Both the position numbers and the translations under genes were made by a program. DNA of 47,339 nt from Priapulus caudatus (lineage: Eukaryota): the NCBI RefSeq assembly GCF_000485595.1, contig NW_014577063.1, positions 392,046 through 439,384 on the forward strand, written 5' to 3'. The notes below the pieces were generated by a model that made no database searches, was not told where the DNA came from, and saw only the letters and a list, made by a program, of their open reading frames with translations. Below, piece by piece: positions 35,297 to 47,339 of the stretch; the first letter of the stretch is position 1, and every line of letters begins with the position of its first letter.

Positions 35297-37635
35297 TAAA
35301 AGACACACACTGTGGCTACAAATTACAATATCCCTACTGACTCCGTGATTCAAATGAAAGCTTGATATTCATGATTATGCCACTCCATATTTTTTCTCTC
35401 AAATGAATGTAGTATACCTTTTACTAATTCCCAACACTGAAAAGTAACTTGGCTCTCAGCCTCTCACAGCTAGGGGGCCTGCGGCAACTGTACACAGGCT
35501 ATAGTACTAGAGCTAGGGTACTGCATGACCTAATATGTATAGTATCAAAAATATAAGCTTATTGCAACGAATATATGGTCATATATATATCTAATACACA
35601 AACATATATTGCCACTACTATACACATACATATGCTCATAATAATATACAAAATAGCTGTGTAACAATATCACTTTACCATCTGTATAGGAACATGATAT
35701 CAGGGTATCCACTATACCAGAGACCCTATGCACATTGCACACACTCCAAACCATACCAAGTGTCCCTCCCCCTTCTTCCCTCCCTACCGCCACAAGCTAA
35801 TTAAGGAACAAATTAGTGTAACAAATTAAGTGAGACAACAATAAGTGTAAGTGTTATGGTAGGTGCAAAACACAACCTTGTATGTAGCATGTAATTTCTT
35901 CTAGTGAGGAACACGGCCAATAATAACATGATTGTGGTAAATGATTTAGTATAAATTTCCACTCCATCAACAATAATTCACAAACCAATGAAATGCGTGT
36001 AAGCGCAGGTAAAGGTGCACTAGAATAGATCATAGATTGATTAGGTCAAGTGCATGGCACGCAAGACCTCCGTGGTGACCTGGAGAATAGTGGCGTACTG
36101 ATATCAACTTTTTACGAAATGTGCAATTTGAATGTCGAACAAGTGCCGGATGGAGCGGACAGCGCTCATCTTACGTCTACTGCGGTGACTGCTGTGGTGG
36201 CGAGTGTGCGATTCTAGTAAAACCCTGTTAGTCCCAAATGTGTTCAGACATATGCGCCGAAACAGTGGAAGGCACAGGGATGGTATCAGGAAACCTTACT
36301 CAAGGAATGTCATTGGGATCGTTATGAAAGTTGCCACGAGATGCGTGTACGTTTAAGTGTCTTAAATTAAAGATGGAAGCTCCCATCGCACGTAGTAGCA
36401 ACAACTATTTGCAAGACAGAATAGGTAAGGATTCATCCATTTAGCTACGCCAAGCCTACAGGCCGAAATTAGAGAGCTGCCACCTGAACTAATTAACGCA
36501 GGCAAAACTACACAGTACTATTCAACCACCACATGCCCACTGGCCAGTGGGCCACTGGCAGTGGCATATAAGTTACATGTAAACACTGGACAGTACAGAA
36601 TTGCCATGGAAAATTATACGATTTAAGGAAGCATAAACCGTTCTTCAACCAATTTAGCTTTGGAAATTTCACCTGGACATTGTAGCCTCATACATCCAGG
36701 CATGTATAGATTCTACTGGCAAACCCGGCAGTCAAATTCTTTCCTAACAGTAAACAATTCCATGTTTAACCCACCTCTTGGAGGGTCAAAAGTTATCCGA
36801 CACTTACTCTTCGCATGTCAGCAGAAAGTACATTTTATGGTCCTTTCAATAAAGCCATAAAAATGCTAGCGGTCACCGCTGAAACAAAAAGTTTCAATCG
36901 CTCTGTCAGACCATGTCCTCAGAAAATGTCTAAATTGCCCTTGTGCCCCATTGACCTTTGACCTGTGACCTCCAATTTCGGCACAGTAATGGCTTTTCCT
37001 ACCATGATGCTATACACCGACTATCACGAGCCTAGGTCCGTCAGCGGTTTAGATTTGTGCCGCAATTCTGCATTTCCTCCCTATACCTTAAGTTAAGGAG
37101 GGAATGGTTCCCCCTTCTTTTACACCATCCTTGACCTTTGACCTTTGACCCCCCAAACTTTGACATCCCAACTCGTTTTCGGATTACCCCCCCACTTCCC
37201 AGAATATCGTGACCGTACGTCGGAGCGGTTAGATTTGTTGCCAGTGTTGACACGGGACGGACGCACGGACGCCACGGACGACGGACAATCATGCAAGCTA
37301 CAAGCTGGCATCTGGACTACGTCAGATGAAGCTAAAAATTATTTGCTCGAAAATTAGGTGTACACGAAACACGCTGCAGCGGAAGTATATCAGCGCACAG
37401 TAGTCCGTGTTTTGGTCGCGTTCGTGACCTTTCATGACCTACAGTAAGTAGGCGTATGCGGACCAGCTGCCCTATTTTCGCCTACTGTGTTTTCTTACAG
37501 GCGACATCTGCACCGCCACTGACACCACTCCAACACACATGCGCGTTATGAAAAACACGTTTTGCGCGGGATCGATCGATATAGACGCATCGAATCGGCA
37601 TAGCGCCAAGATGCGGCGTCATTACATATATATTC
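34690..37635 (+). repeat. ~2.9-kb direct duplication, copy B, ending at an N-gap
   Basis: Colinear with 29510-32430. Confidence 0.9.
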
Positions 37636-38169
37636 ATCTCTCTCCGATNNNNNNNNNNNNNNNNNNNNNNNNNGTACTACGATAATGTAACCCAGAGGTA
37701 CATATATGTATGCACAAAGTGTACAGACTTGTAGCGTACAGAGTGTACCCTAACCCTAACCTTAACCCTAGCCCTTAGCCTATCTCCTAACCCTAACTAC
37801 TTATCATAAAAATAATAACATAATTACTAAACAACTAAACTACCTCGGAGTATAATTTGTCAGTACCTGATAACGACAACGACCCCATCTGCTACGTAGC
37901 GCAATCAAGTGCGAAGACGGGTAGCGGTTTGCAGCAGGCTCAGACTAGCTGCTATCAAATTAGCAGCCTATAAACTAGATAGGGCCACGCACCCTAGACT
38001 CACTACAAACTTCGTGTGAACTTGCAATTTTGCTCAGTTGCTATTGAACTCGTCAGAACCTGTATTGCCGCAGGTACTCCTTGCTATCGGTTTTACTATT
38101 GCCGTATGTAAATAACCGAACCTGAGAGCTGCGACGTACTCGCGAAGAAGAGACGCGAGTTAAGCCACT

Positions 38170-41100
38170 TATGAATAGTACAATTGACACCCCAACCCCG
38201 CCCCCGGGACAGGGCGGGGGAATTAACGTTTATGGTAGTGTTAAATTTAGACATGACCCCGGTCCCGAGGGACCTTTCATAAGTTAAAAACCCCACCCCC
38301 ATGCGGTGTTTGGTCGATCGCGATAAACGTAATTAGATTTTTGGCGTAAAACGTCTAAGAGTATAGTATTTTGGGGATGTTCAACACCAGAAATAGTGGA
38401 AAAATGCGTTTGATGTTTGTGTGTTTTGATTTTTATAGGTTTATACCTGTATATTGTTTCGGTATCTTGTGAGTGAATACTATATAGATTGATAGTTCAA
38501 TTTCTATTAATGCATTCTACTGTCTTAAATAGTGTTTTTGCTTTTCACTAACAACTGTGTGTGTAAGCTGTGTTTAAGTGTTTATAACTTATATTTTAAT
38601 TATATCTTATTATATTATATACTTAATAGGGTGGACTGAGTGAGGAATTGTTCTTTGTTTTGTATATCATAGTTAAATGTATTAAAGCATACAAATATGC
38701 GTCTCTAGGTTAATTATTGTCGAGAGGGAGGAGGTGAGAGCATCGCAATAAAATTCGATGTTAAGAGGGCCGGGGAACACTAGGCGATTAAATCGGCGAA
38801 CTAAATCGGGCGACTAAATAGCGGTGAAAGCGGTGTGCACTCATCCATGCCGATTTAGTCGCCCGATTTAATCGCATTAGATAAAAGTTGTTTGATATTA
38901 TCGGGCGATTTTAGTCGGGGGGGCCGATTTAGTCGCACGATTTACAATCGCCTGAAAAAAAAATAAGAACAACAAGTGTTCCGGGTGCCGGCGATAAAAT
39001 CGGCACATTGTACAATTCTCGCCAATCAGATGGGTTGTTCAATGATTATGATCGTATAGCGATGTTTAATGTTTGTATGTATGTCGTAATAGCGATGCAC
39101 GCACGCACGCACGTGATCGTGCACACGCACGCACCATCATGCAACGACACGCAGCACAATCCATGCACGCACGTGTACCGTGCCAGCACGCACGCCGAGT
39201 CTACGTGCAAAATTGCATGCACGCACGCACGTCTACGTGCAAAGGGCATGACGCACGCACGAGTGTACCCTGACACACACGCAGGTAGTAGAACGAACAT
39301 GTGTACGTGGCAAGCCGCAGTGCAACACGTGTACTGACAGCACACGCATCGCAGAATGTGTACCTGCACACGCACGCGGCAGGGGCACGCAGCATGACGC
39401 AGTTGGTGAGGGCACACGCACGAACGCACGTGTAGTACACACGCACGCAGCAGTGTACCCATACACACGCAGCACGACGTTGTACGTGCACACGCAGACA
39501 CACTCATGCACGCACTAAGTGTACCTGGCAACAACGGCGACGCACGCAACTGTAACGTGAACAGCACGCACTCACATCACGCACGGCAGGCACGCACGTG
39601 TACGTTACACGCACGCACGCACGCACGCGCGCCGCAGCATGTACGAAGTGGTAGTGAACGCACGCACGCACGCAGCACGTGTAAGTGCACACGACGAACG
39701 CACGAAACTACCCGCCGCAGCACGTGTACTTGCAACGCACGCCCGCGAAAGGGTATCGTGAACTCGCACAACATGCACGCACGTGGTACGGCCACGCACG
39801 CACGTATCGTGTACACGCACACAGCCGACACACGCACGCATGAACGGCACGTTGTAATACACCGATGCACATATGATGCACGAAGGTGTAGTAACACGGC
39901 ACGCACGACCGCAGAGTCTACGTGCACATGAATGCTACGATAGGCGATTTCACCGGGATTTAGTCGCCCGATTTAATCGCTTAGTACCTAGTGTGCCACT
40001 CGACTCGCGCGTAGAATCGGGCGATTGAGTTCGAGGATTTAGTCTCTCGATTTAATCGCTAGTGTGTCTGGTCCTTCGATATAGGGCTCCGCATTTTATA
40101 TTACACAATGCAACGCCGGCGGCATTAGGGTTCAGAAACCGTTCAGCATGGTTATACAAGTACTTGGCAACGCACTTGTATTTTATTTCCTATTAAGCAA
40201 ATCCTAACAACGCGCCTCCGCGGTGTTGTAACTGCAGCAATGGTTCATTAGAGAGCCACACGCTTTTTTGTTAGGCTGCTGCGTGATCAAAAACATGTAA
40301 AGTGCGAGAAGACATAGGCGGACCAAGACGTTTGGCATTTTATAAAAGCATGCTGAATAAACCGAAATGTTAGTGTACTCCAATGGTTCTCTCTCTCTTC
40401 GCTTGTTTTGCCGATAATTACTGTAAATGCCGGTCAAATTGCTCATCTTCCAACACAGGTACGCCGCGCTACAATTTACATTATTATCATATTAATCGCG
40501 AATCAGTTACAGCTTTTGAGATGGGTGGTGATTTCTCTTGCACGTGCCAGCATACGTCTACATAATACACCGAGGCAAATGTGAACAGGAATTCACTCTA
40601 AGCCGGCTTTTACATTACAGTTGCTGACATGATGCTGTCCCATTTATTACTGCAACCATGCAGGATAAGAGAGATGTATAATCAGAGATGGGAGTGATTA
40701 ATCAGGCTCGGATAAGTAGATGAGACTCTCAATGTTCACATGATTGCTGTTGACTGATACAAAACTCACCAACGCCGAACAGTCGATGTAGACGATCAGT
40801 TTTTGTAGTCTGAAGTTTGAGAGTATAAAATGAGACTCGGGCTTTAAATGTTAGGTGTTCACGAGAGCCAATAGGGTGTGATGGAACACTATTGTGGTCC
40901 TCACTCATTCGGTCATTGTCTATTTGGTATCGGGTCTCGATTCAATGCACGCAATTTTTGAGTTAGCGTGCTTTGGTCGTTGTTAGTGAATCAAGTACTG
41001 ATCCATACACTACACTACATGAACTAGGTTCGAACGTTGATAACTATGTTATAAACAGGTTTGACAGCTGAGTAGATGCAGTAACATCGGTGAGAATTTG

Positions 41101-42906
41101 AATCTCACGACGTAAAACTCAATGTCTATGAACATATGTGTTGAGTGAATTTCCGATCTGTCATGCTACGATATCTGCCGATGTGGTGCTCTAGCATCAT
41201 TGAACTCGCACGAAACCACGATGGGTAAACTGCTGCAAAACCGGGCTGCGCATCTTCGAATTGCATTAACACAACCCAGCTGATACTGTTGCCAAAATCG
41301 GATCACTTACTGTAATTTATTTATTGCATAATAACATATAGGCAATGTAAAATCGGTTGTTGGCAGTCAGGCAGATTACACGCAAACGTGTTCGCTCTTT
41401 TTCGGAACCGAGTGAGCGCGACCGGAAGCAGGATTGTAGGTAATATATGCTATTTTTAGTGCAAATCGCGGAACCCTCTATAGCGCTAGGCCCGAGGTGA
41501 TAAGCCTTAGGACCAGCTGGCCAGATTAAGAGAGTTCGTACGCACAATATCGTGCGTACGCACAAACAGGATTTAGGTGGTATTCAAAAGAATTCTATTT
41601 CGCCAAAAACATTACGTGTTATACGGTAATAGATGCTGAGAGCATGCGTACGCACAAAAATCTGAGCATGTAAATGCTGACCGAATACCGATAACTAGAG
41701 TTTATACCTGAGTGAAAATATTGCTATAACACTACATGTGATTTTATTCCAAACGTACAGGTAAACGTAATTATAAGAACGTACAATGATATTTACAATG
41801 TTTCTATTTAAAGCGCATCATTCGACCATTGATTTATGCATTTTAACGAATGCTCAGTAGCGGGCACGGGGTTGTGTAAGTTATAAGTACATTACTTATA
41901 GCCCAACGGCGTATTAGTTTGTCCAATATTCATGTGGTTACTACAGAATATCCAGTTGAATCCGCGGTCAATAATCCGTTGTTGACAGTTTCAACCGCTA
42001 TGCCGGCGTAACGGCCGTAACCGGCGAGGCGGCTGATATACGCATTATAGTGCACGGACATTTTCGCACGTTGCTCGGCGTTTCAGTGATTTCGATCTTG
42101 TAAGTCTGAAGTGCGCATTCGTAGTTCATGTTTTACTCTTGGAGACTCAGGGAATAATGGAATTACGAAGTTCTTGAATTACAGCAACATATAATATGTG
42201 GCAACTAGGCAAATATTAAGCACTAGGCAAACAATTACCGGACAAACAATCGATGTCAACATCCTGTGCACATGTGAAGTCACCGACCGAACTCGATGTT
42301 TATTTATGTGGCAATAATTGGAGCGTGGTCGCCAGTTACAAATTTACGGATTTCAGTTAGACATTCTTAGTAGTTAGCGTGATATTGTGGACAAACTATA
42401 TACGCGTTTTGGTTACGGTAATGTTTTAATACACAGGTGCCAGTACTGTAGCATTCGTCAACTTTTGACATCTCGATGGTCGAAATTATGCTTTACATAT
42501 AACTCGCACTATGCACGCAGCACGCAAGCACATACAATGCACGACGCGGACACGACGCACGCACGACACGCACGACGCACGCAACGGCACGACGACAACA
42601 CGCACACCACACACACACACACAACACACACACACACACACACAACACACACACACACACAACACACGCCCGCACTTACACACACACACGCACACATGCA
42701 CGCACGCACACATATATACACACGAGATCTCCCATCTTGTTTAACGGTTCAGCGTTAAATCCCCCGCTATTCAAGGTACGCATTAAATTCCCCGCCCCTC
42801 GGGGAATTTACGCTGTTCAATGCGCGTTAAATTCCCCGCATATCCCCGTTAATTCCCCCACCCGTCCCGGGGGTCGGGGTGGGGGTGTCAGTTGACTAGT
42901 GCATTA
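38170..42906. mobile_element. Putative 4.7-kb non-autonomous DNA transposon
   Basis: ~55-bp inverted termini: CAATTGACACCCCAACCCCGCCCCCGGGACAGGGCGGGGGAATTAACG versus the reverse complement of 42847-42906; no transposase ORF or clear TSD seen. Confidence 0.6.
38767..40075. mobile_element. Harbinger-like MITE, same family as 7443-8188 (noisy sequence)
   Basis: AGGGCCGG..ACACTAGGCGATTAAATCGG ... GATTTAATCGCTAGTGTGTCTGGTCCT; GCAC-rich interior. Confidence 0.8.
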
Positions 42907-45102
42907 ATTTGCAGTACATTGGCTTAGAGCACAGCTTAATTGGATCGCGTACCATTCAGAACCTGAGATATTTCGTCATCGCAGGAGGTGAATATTGACC
43001 CATATTGAGGTCATTGTGCACCCCTGCTCATTAGTATAATTATTCACAGTGCCAATGCAACCATGTAACTGACTAATTAGTGTGTAGCTGTGAGGGGGAT
43101 GGAGAAAGCATATAGATTAATGAATGGGGAGGGGGTAGATAGGCAGATAGAGGCAGAGATTCCATGGGCATCAAATGACATAAATGCCTAACTTATATCA
43201 AGAAATGATATCGCGCTCCGCAGCAGGGGAGCAATGTTGAGATTATTTTGGATGTGGCAACGGTACAGATAATAATGTATATTCATTCTGAGTGAGTGAC
43301 AGTAACTCCGACGAACAGTGCAATGATAACATGATTCACCATAGATTACCTGGAAATTAATTATCATACTGCTAAGCAACGAAATGACATATATAACTTT
43401 ACTTACATTGCCCATAAAAATCACTTAGCAACCTCAACACCGTCAGAATCAGCTCTATACAATCATCGCATTCCTCACGACCATTCCTCGTTCAAGATAA
43501 CCCGTGCACCGTGGCCTAAACACATAGACCATGACACTCTTACGTGCGACTAAAGTGTTCCACAGTTTTGCCAAATCTACCATACTGGATGCTGAAGACA
43601 AATGCCGTGGCGCGCATTTTATGTCATCAAATTTAATGTTTCTCGATGAAACAGTCATTAATTTGGCTTCTTACTGATTTTTCGTAAAGTATCCTACACT
43701 GAGTTCTGCATGCGTAGAATTATATAGCTCTAGTAATAAACACTGGCACAGGGCTGTGGCAGTGGCAACGGGGGCTATAGTAATAGAGCTAAGAATTATA
43801 TAGACGCTAATGGATTGAATCACAAGCACAAAATCCTTTTGACTACTTTCTAGATTACCTGCAATCGCCTCGCAAATACGGGATGATTGGAATTCGTGCA
43901 CGCAGTTAAGACTATCATCGTTGGGCATACATATAGCCATGAACATATATCTATACTCTGAACGAGTACGAGCATAGCATAGATATAATTCACGATATAG
44001 CCAGATATATGCGTTGCTGCTGGCAAATTGCCAACTAGGAGAACTGGTTGGAAGTAACCATAGAAATATATAGAGACACCAGGAGCGTATAATGACAAAT
44101 AATGACAATTTGTCATTATACGCTCCTGGAGACACCTATATTAGTCTACCTATATTATTTCTATGGAAGTAACCAACACGATTGCAGATTAGATGGCACA
44201 ATAATTTGTACATTCGGTTTTCATGGGGAAATTTCTTTAAATGTTTGGATGCTGAGTGATAAAGATACTGAAACTTTCACAAGACCAATTCCACAGTTGT
44301 TACTGAACCCGGATGACCCATGTCTGGGCATTAGTGAAACCAGAGCAATTGGTTTTGAATTCGAAATGCATACACAATGATCATGAGTTAGTCAAATCGT
44401 TTCACAATTATTAACCTTACCATAAGTGTAGAAAGAGTGTGTAGCAACGATGGCGTAATAGTTTGAAAAAAGACGAAAGAGAAAAATTTCGTGTTGAAGG
44501 ATCTGGGGTTCATGTACTGTCGAAACAGAATTCAGAAATTTAATGAAGAATCTCAAGATTGTCCAATCCGGCAGTTCGGAAGTGAATGAAGGAGTATTAT
44601 ACACTCCGACATTAATTGGCCCTCGGTTAATTTCAGCTGCTTAGCTGAATGACGTGGCAAAAGCCTGCAGACAAATGAAAGGAATTCGAATGCACAGACC
44701 ATGCTATCTAACAATACCAGATCGAACAAAAATCAGGATCCGTTTCATAATTGTCAATAACAGATGAACGACAGTATGCGAAAGTAACGTATTCAATTGG
44801 TTTATAATAACCAGCGATCAAGTCATATTTACATAAATTCTAAAGATAAAAGTACAAGATAAAACTCACTTGTACCGGTTCTATGCAAGCAGCCAAGCAT
44901 GTCACAGCACTATTAGGTTACTTTCTGAGTAACTCAATTAATTAGTCACTGCATTCATTTCATCACTAAGCGAGTGAAACAGGTATCACACTGGGTGCGG
45001 TCTATATGAGCTTGAGTTTACTGGTGCTGTGGGGTTTGTGATATCTCTAATTTGTTTGACCTGAGACCCACCGTTCCAAAGTCTATAACTAGGGTTATTT
45101 AC

Positions 45103-45282
45103 TCTGAAGGGGTCGTTGTCATATAGGGTGGTACATATATGTATACATAAATGTAATATAATGCTTGTCTAGGGAGTCGCCTACGCCTACTCCCTAACCC
45201 TAACCCTAACCATATCAGATAGTTACCTGAGTTACCTCGGGTACATATATGTAGTACCCTATACGACAACGACCCTTTCAGC
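45103..45282. mobile_element. MITE with 9-bp TSD (MULE-like)
   Basis: TIR CTGAAGGGGTCGTTGTCATATAGGGT / ACCCTATACGACAACGACCCTTTCAG; GTTATTTAC on both flanks; related fragment at ~37674-37886. Confidence 0.75.
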
Positions 45283-45424
45283 GTTATTTACTTCCACAGC
45301 ATGCATCCACGCAAAATTTCACTCAGCCGCAGACTGAAAGTAGTATGGTTACATCTATTAGCAGATCTCATTTAAAGTGATTACGTCACTGTAAATAGTA
45401 AACGTAAAAAAATTATGTCCACTA

Positions 45425-45555
45425 TTTCACAAAATGTAAGTGTTTCTGTTCACTTTTTATGGTTAAATTGCTGCATTATACTTCCTGTCGCTTTTTCACA
45501 AAATGTAAGTGTTTCTGTTCACTTTTTATGGTTAAATTGCTGCATTATACTTCCT
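45425..45555. repeat. Tandem duplication, period 69 bp
   Basis: TTTCACAAAATGTAAGTG...TATACTTCCT x2. Confidence 0.9.
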
Positions 45556-46742
45556 ATTTTGCTATTCTGTTCGGCGTGAACAAACAGTCGTGACGCATAC
45601 ATAGCCCATAGCAAGCATTTAAAGTCGTGATTAATATATCAAATTGCCCTGTATACGCGCAGCGCGCTAGCAACACGCTGTGCATTCGTTGTCAACTCGC
45701 TAGCTTCTCCCAAATCCTGACAAAAGTTGGGCGCACAACGACGCACTGATCTATTTCCCATTTTTTGATTAATTTTCAGTGCGCGGGCCGTGCGTCGTGT
45801 ATGTGTGACTGGGGCATAAGGAATCGTTACTTATTATATATATATATATAATATATAAAATAAATATATATACTACTATATATAACTACTATAATATAGC
45901 TGCTATATCATATATAGATTAGTTCAAAATAAAAAAAATTAGTTATCTAAACAAGACCTGCCTATATTAATTATCCTGTTTTTCTTCTCTTTTTTTTTGG
46001 AAAATTTCTTGCTTTTCACAGATATTATCAGGGCTATGCGATTTCCCTGGAGGCGCAGACAGACTTAACTCATTACATTATTAAGCATAAATTATACACA
46101 TAAGCAACCGTAAAAAAGTGCATTAATTATTAGCTATCATGTTTTAGGCTACAGAGTAAAAAATTTTACACATAACACGTTCACCTTTTAATTAAAAGAA
46201 GATATTTATATTTCGGATTTATAAAAGAGACAACAACTACTTTTCAACCCTGATTTCACAAGATTGTAACCAATGCATTACTTCTTACTGACATATCCAT
46301 TCACCATTCACCTGACATGCTGAGGTAAAATATAACTAAACGTATCCATGATGAAACTACATGAATCCATCAGCTGTCTCATGATTCTATAATAATGGCA
46401 AAGCAGAAAAACAATTCATGCCAGGGCCCAACGAATACCAAAGGTTCACCCCAAGAATTTTAGCAAGCATTTTCGGCAATCTAAAAATTAATCCCCGACT
46501 GCTAAATGGAGTCCATCACGTGTGTCATAAGCAGCCCCAATATGCAGGCAGGTAAACTTGATCAGTTTGCTGACTTACATTTGAAGCTGAGCAAAATCAA
46601 CACGACTGTGTTGGGATTGTGAATCAGATGAAAATTCAGGCATGTCGTTAGGCAATTAAGGCATGTTGATTAGGCAATTAAGACATGTCGATTAGGCAAT
46701 TAAGGCATGTGGGAGGACAACATTCAGTATGAGTTCACTCAC

Positions 46743-46950
46743 CATCATCTGCATCAAAGAAAATGTCGTCATCGTCGCTCTGGTACTGCTGGGGCGAGGG
46801 GAAAGGTGAGTAAAACTCCTGCTTTCCTTCGGACCGCACAGACATGGCCAATGAATGTTCTAGTTCATGGTGCTCCTTTGCCAATGCATGAAGGGCATCC
46901 TCTAGCACTCGCGACTTCTCTTGTGCCTCTTTTAGATGCTGACGATGTAT
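46743..46950 (-). CDS. OSBPL1A: OSBP-related protein exon: coiled coil + FFAT-like motif
   Basis: IHRQHLKEAQEKSRVLEDALHALAKEHHELEHSL...SDDDDIFFDADD; LAxEHHELExSL resembles ORP1L; acidic tract + FFDA; ctgcag acceptor and gtgagt donor. Confidence 0.85.
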
Positions 46951-47339
46951 CTGCAGCGTGTCAATGTATATAATCGTTTCAGATTCACCATGCAGGGTGT
47001 ACACCAGGGGAAAAGATTTTTACATTTTTTTCACGGGAGCTCTTTTTCAAGTCTGTGGGAAAAATAACTCTTGTCAAAAATTTCACGGGAGCTATTTTGA
47101 GCCTCACGGGAGCGATTTCGGAGGTTTGAAGAGCTCATCGCTCATCGCTCCCGTGTATTTTTTACCTACGTGTACACACATGTACAAATAGGCATGCATT
47201 TATATCGAATATATGGCATGGTCAGCTAACACATATGGTTCTACACAAATTGACTACGTCACGAATCTATCTAATTTTTCTATGGTAAAATTTGTAAAAT
47301 TTTTGTTGCCATTTTTTTACACTAAAAGTAAGAACTAAC

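Noticed and set aside
37747..37800. (CCCTAA)n as an interstitial telomere (also ~18995, ~34490, ~45195)
   Set aside because: Only 2-5 degenerate units, each inside a MITE/HINE-type repeat
42950..43025. SIFTSCDDE as an extra FFAT-like ORP exon
   Set aside because: In-frame stop between the nearest plausible acceptor and the motif

Overview
Repeat-rich invertebrate (metazoan) nuclear DNA with N-gaps and some noisy, long-read-like stretches. Two intron-containing genes converge: the last four coding exons of a cornichon (CNIH) gene on + (821-3004) and an oxysterol-binding-protein-related gene (ORP1/OSBPL1A-like) on - (46950 to 14778). Between them lies the most interesting locus (about 4.6-10 kb). 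A U2 snRNA gene is split at nt 38-40 by a site-specific non-LTR retrotransposon of the R2/NeSL type (RT + CCHC + PD-(D/E)xK endonuclease; Utopia-like). An intact U2 gene with its promoter sits between the two halves of the split gene, and two Helitron 3' ends bracket the cassette. Other notable signals are tiny 17+n+17-bp hairpin insertions with 7-8-bp TSDs that look like P-element-type excision footprints (one has an empty site in the window), an out-of-order but phase-compatible ORP exon, intronic repeats that copy splice donors, many MITE/HINE elements, an RTE LINE fragment, and a probably artefactual 2.9-kb duplication. All identifications were made by eye; no database searches were run.
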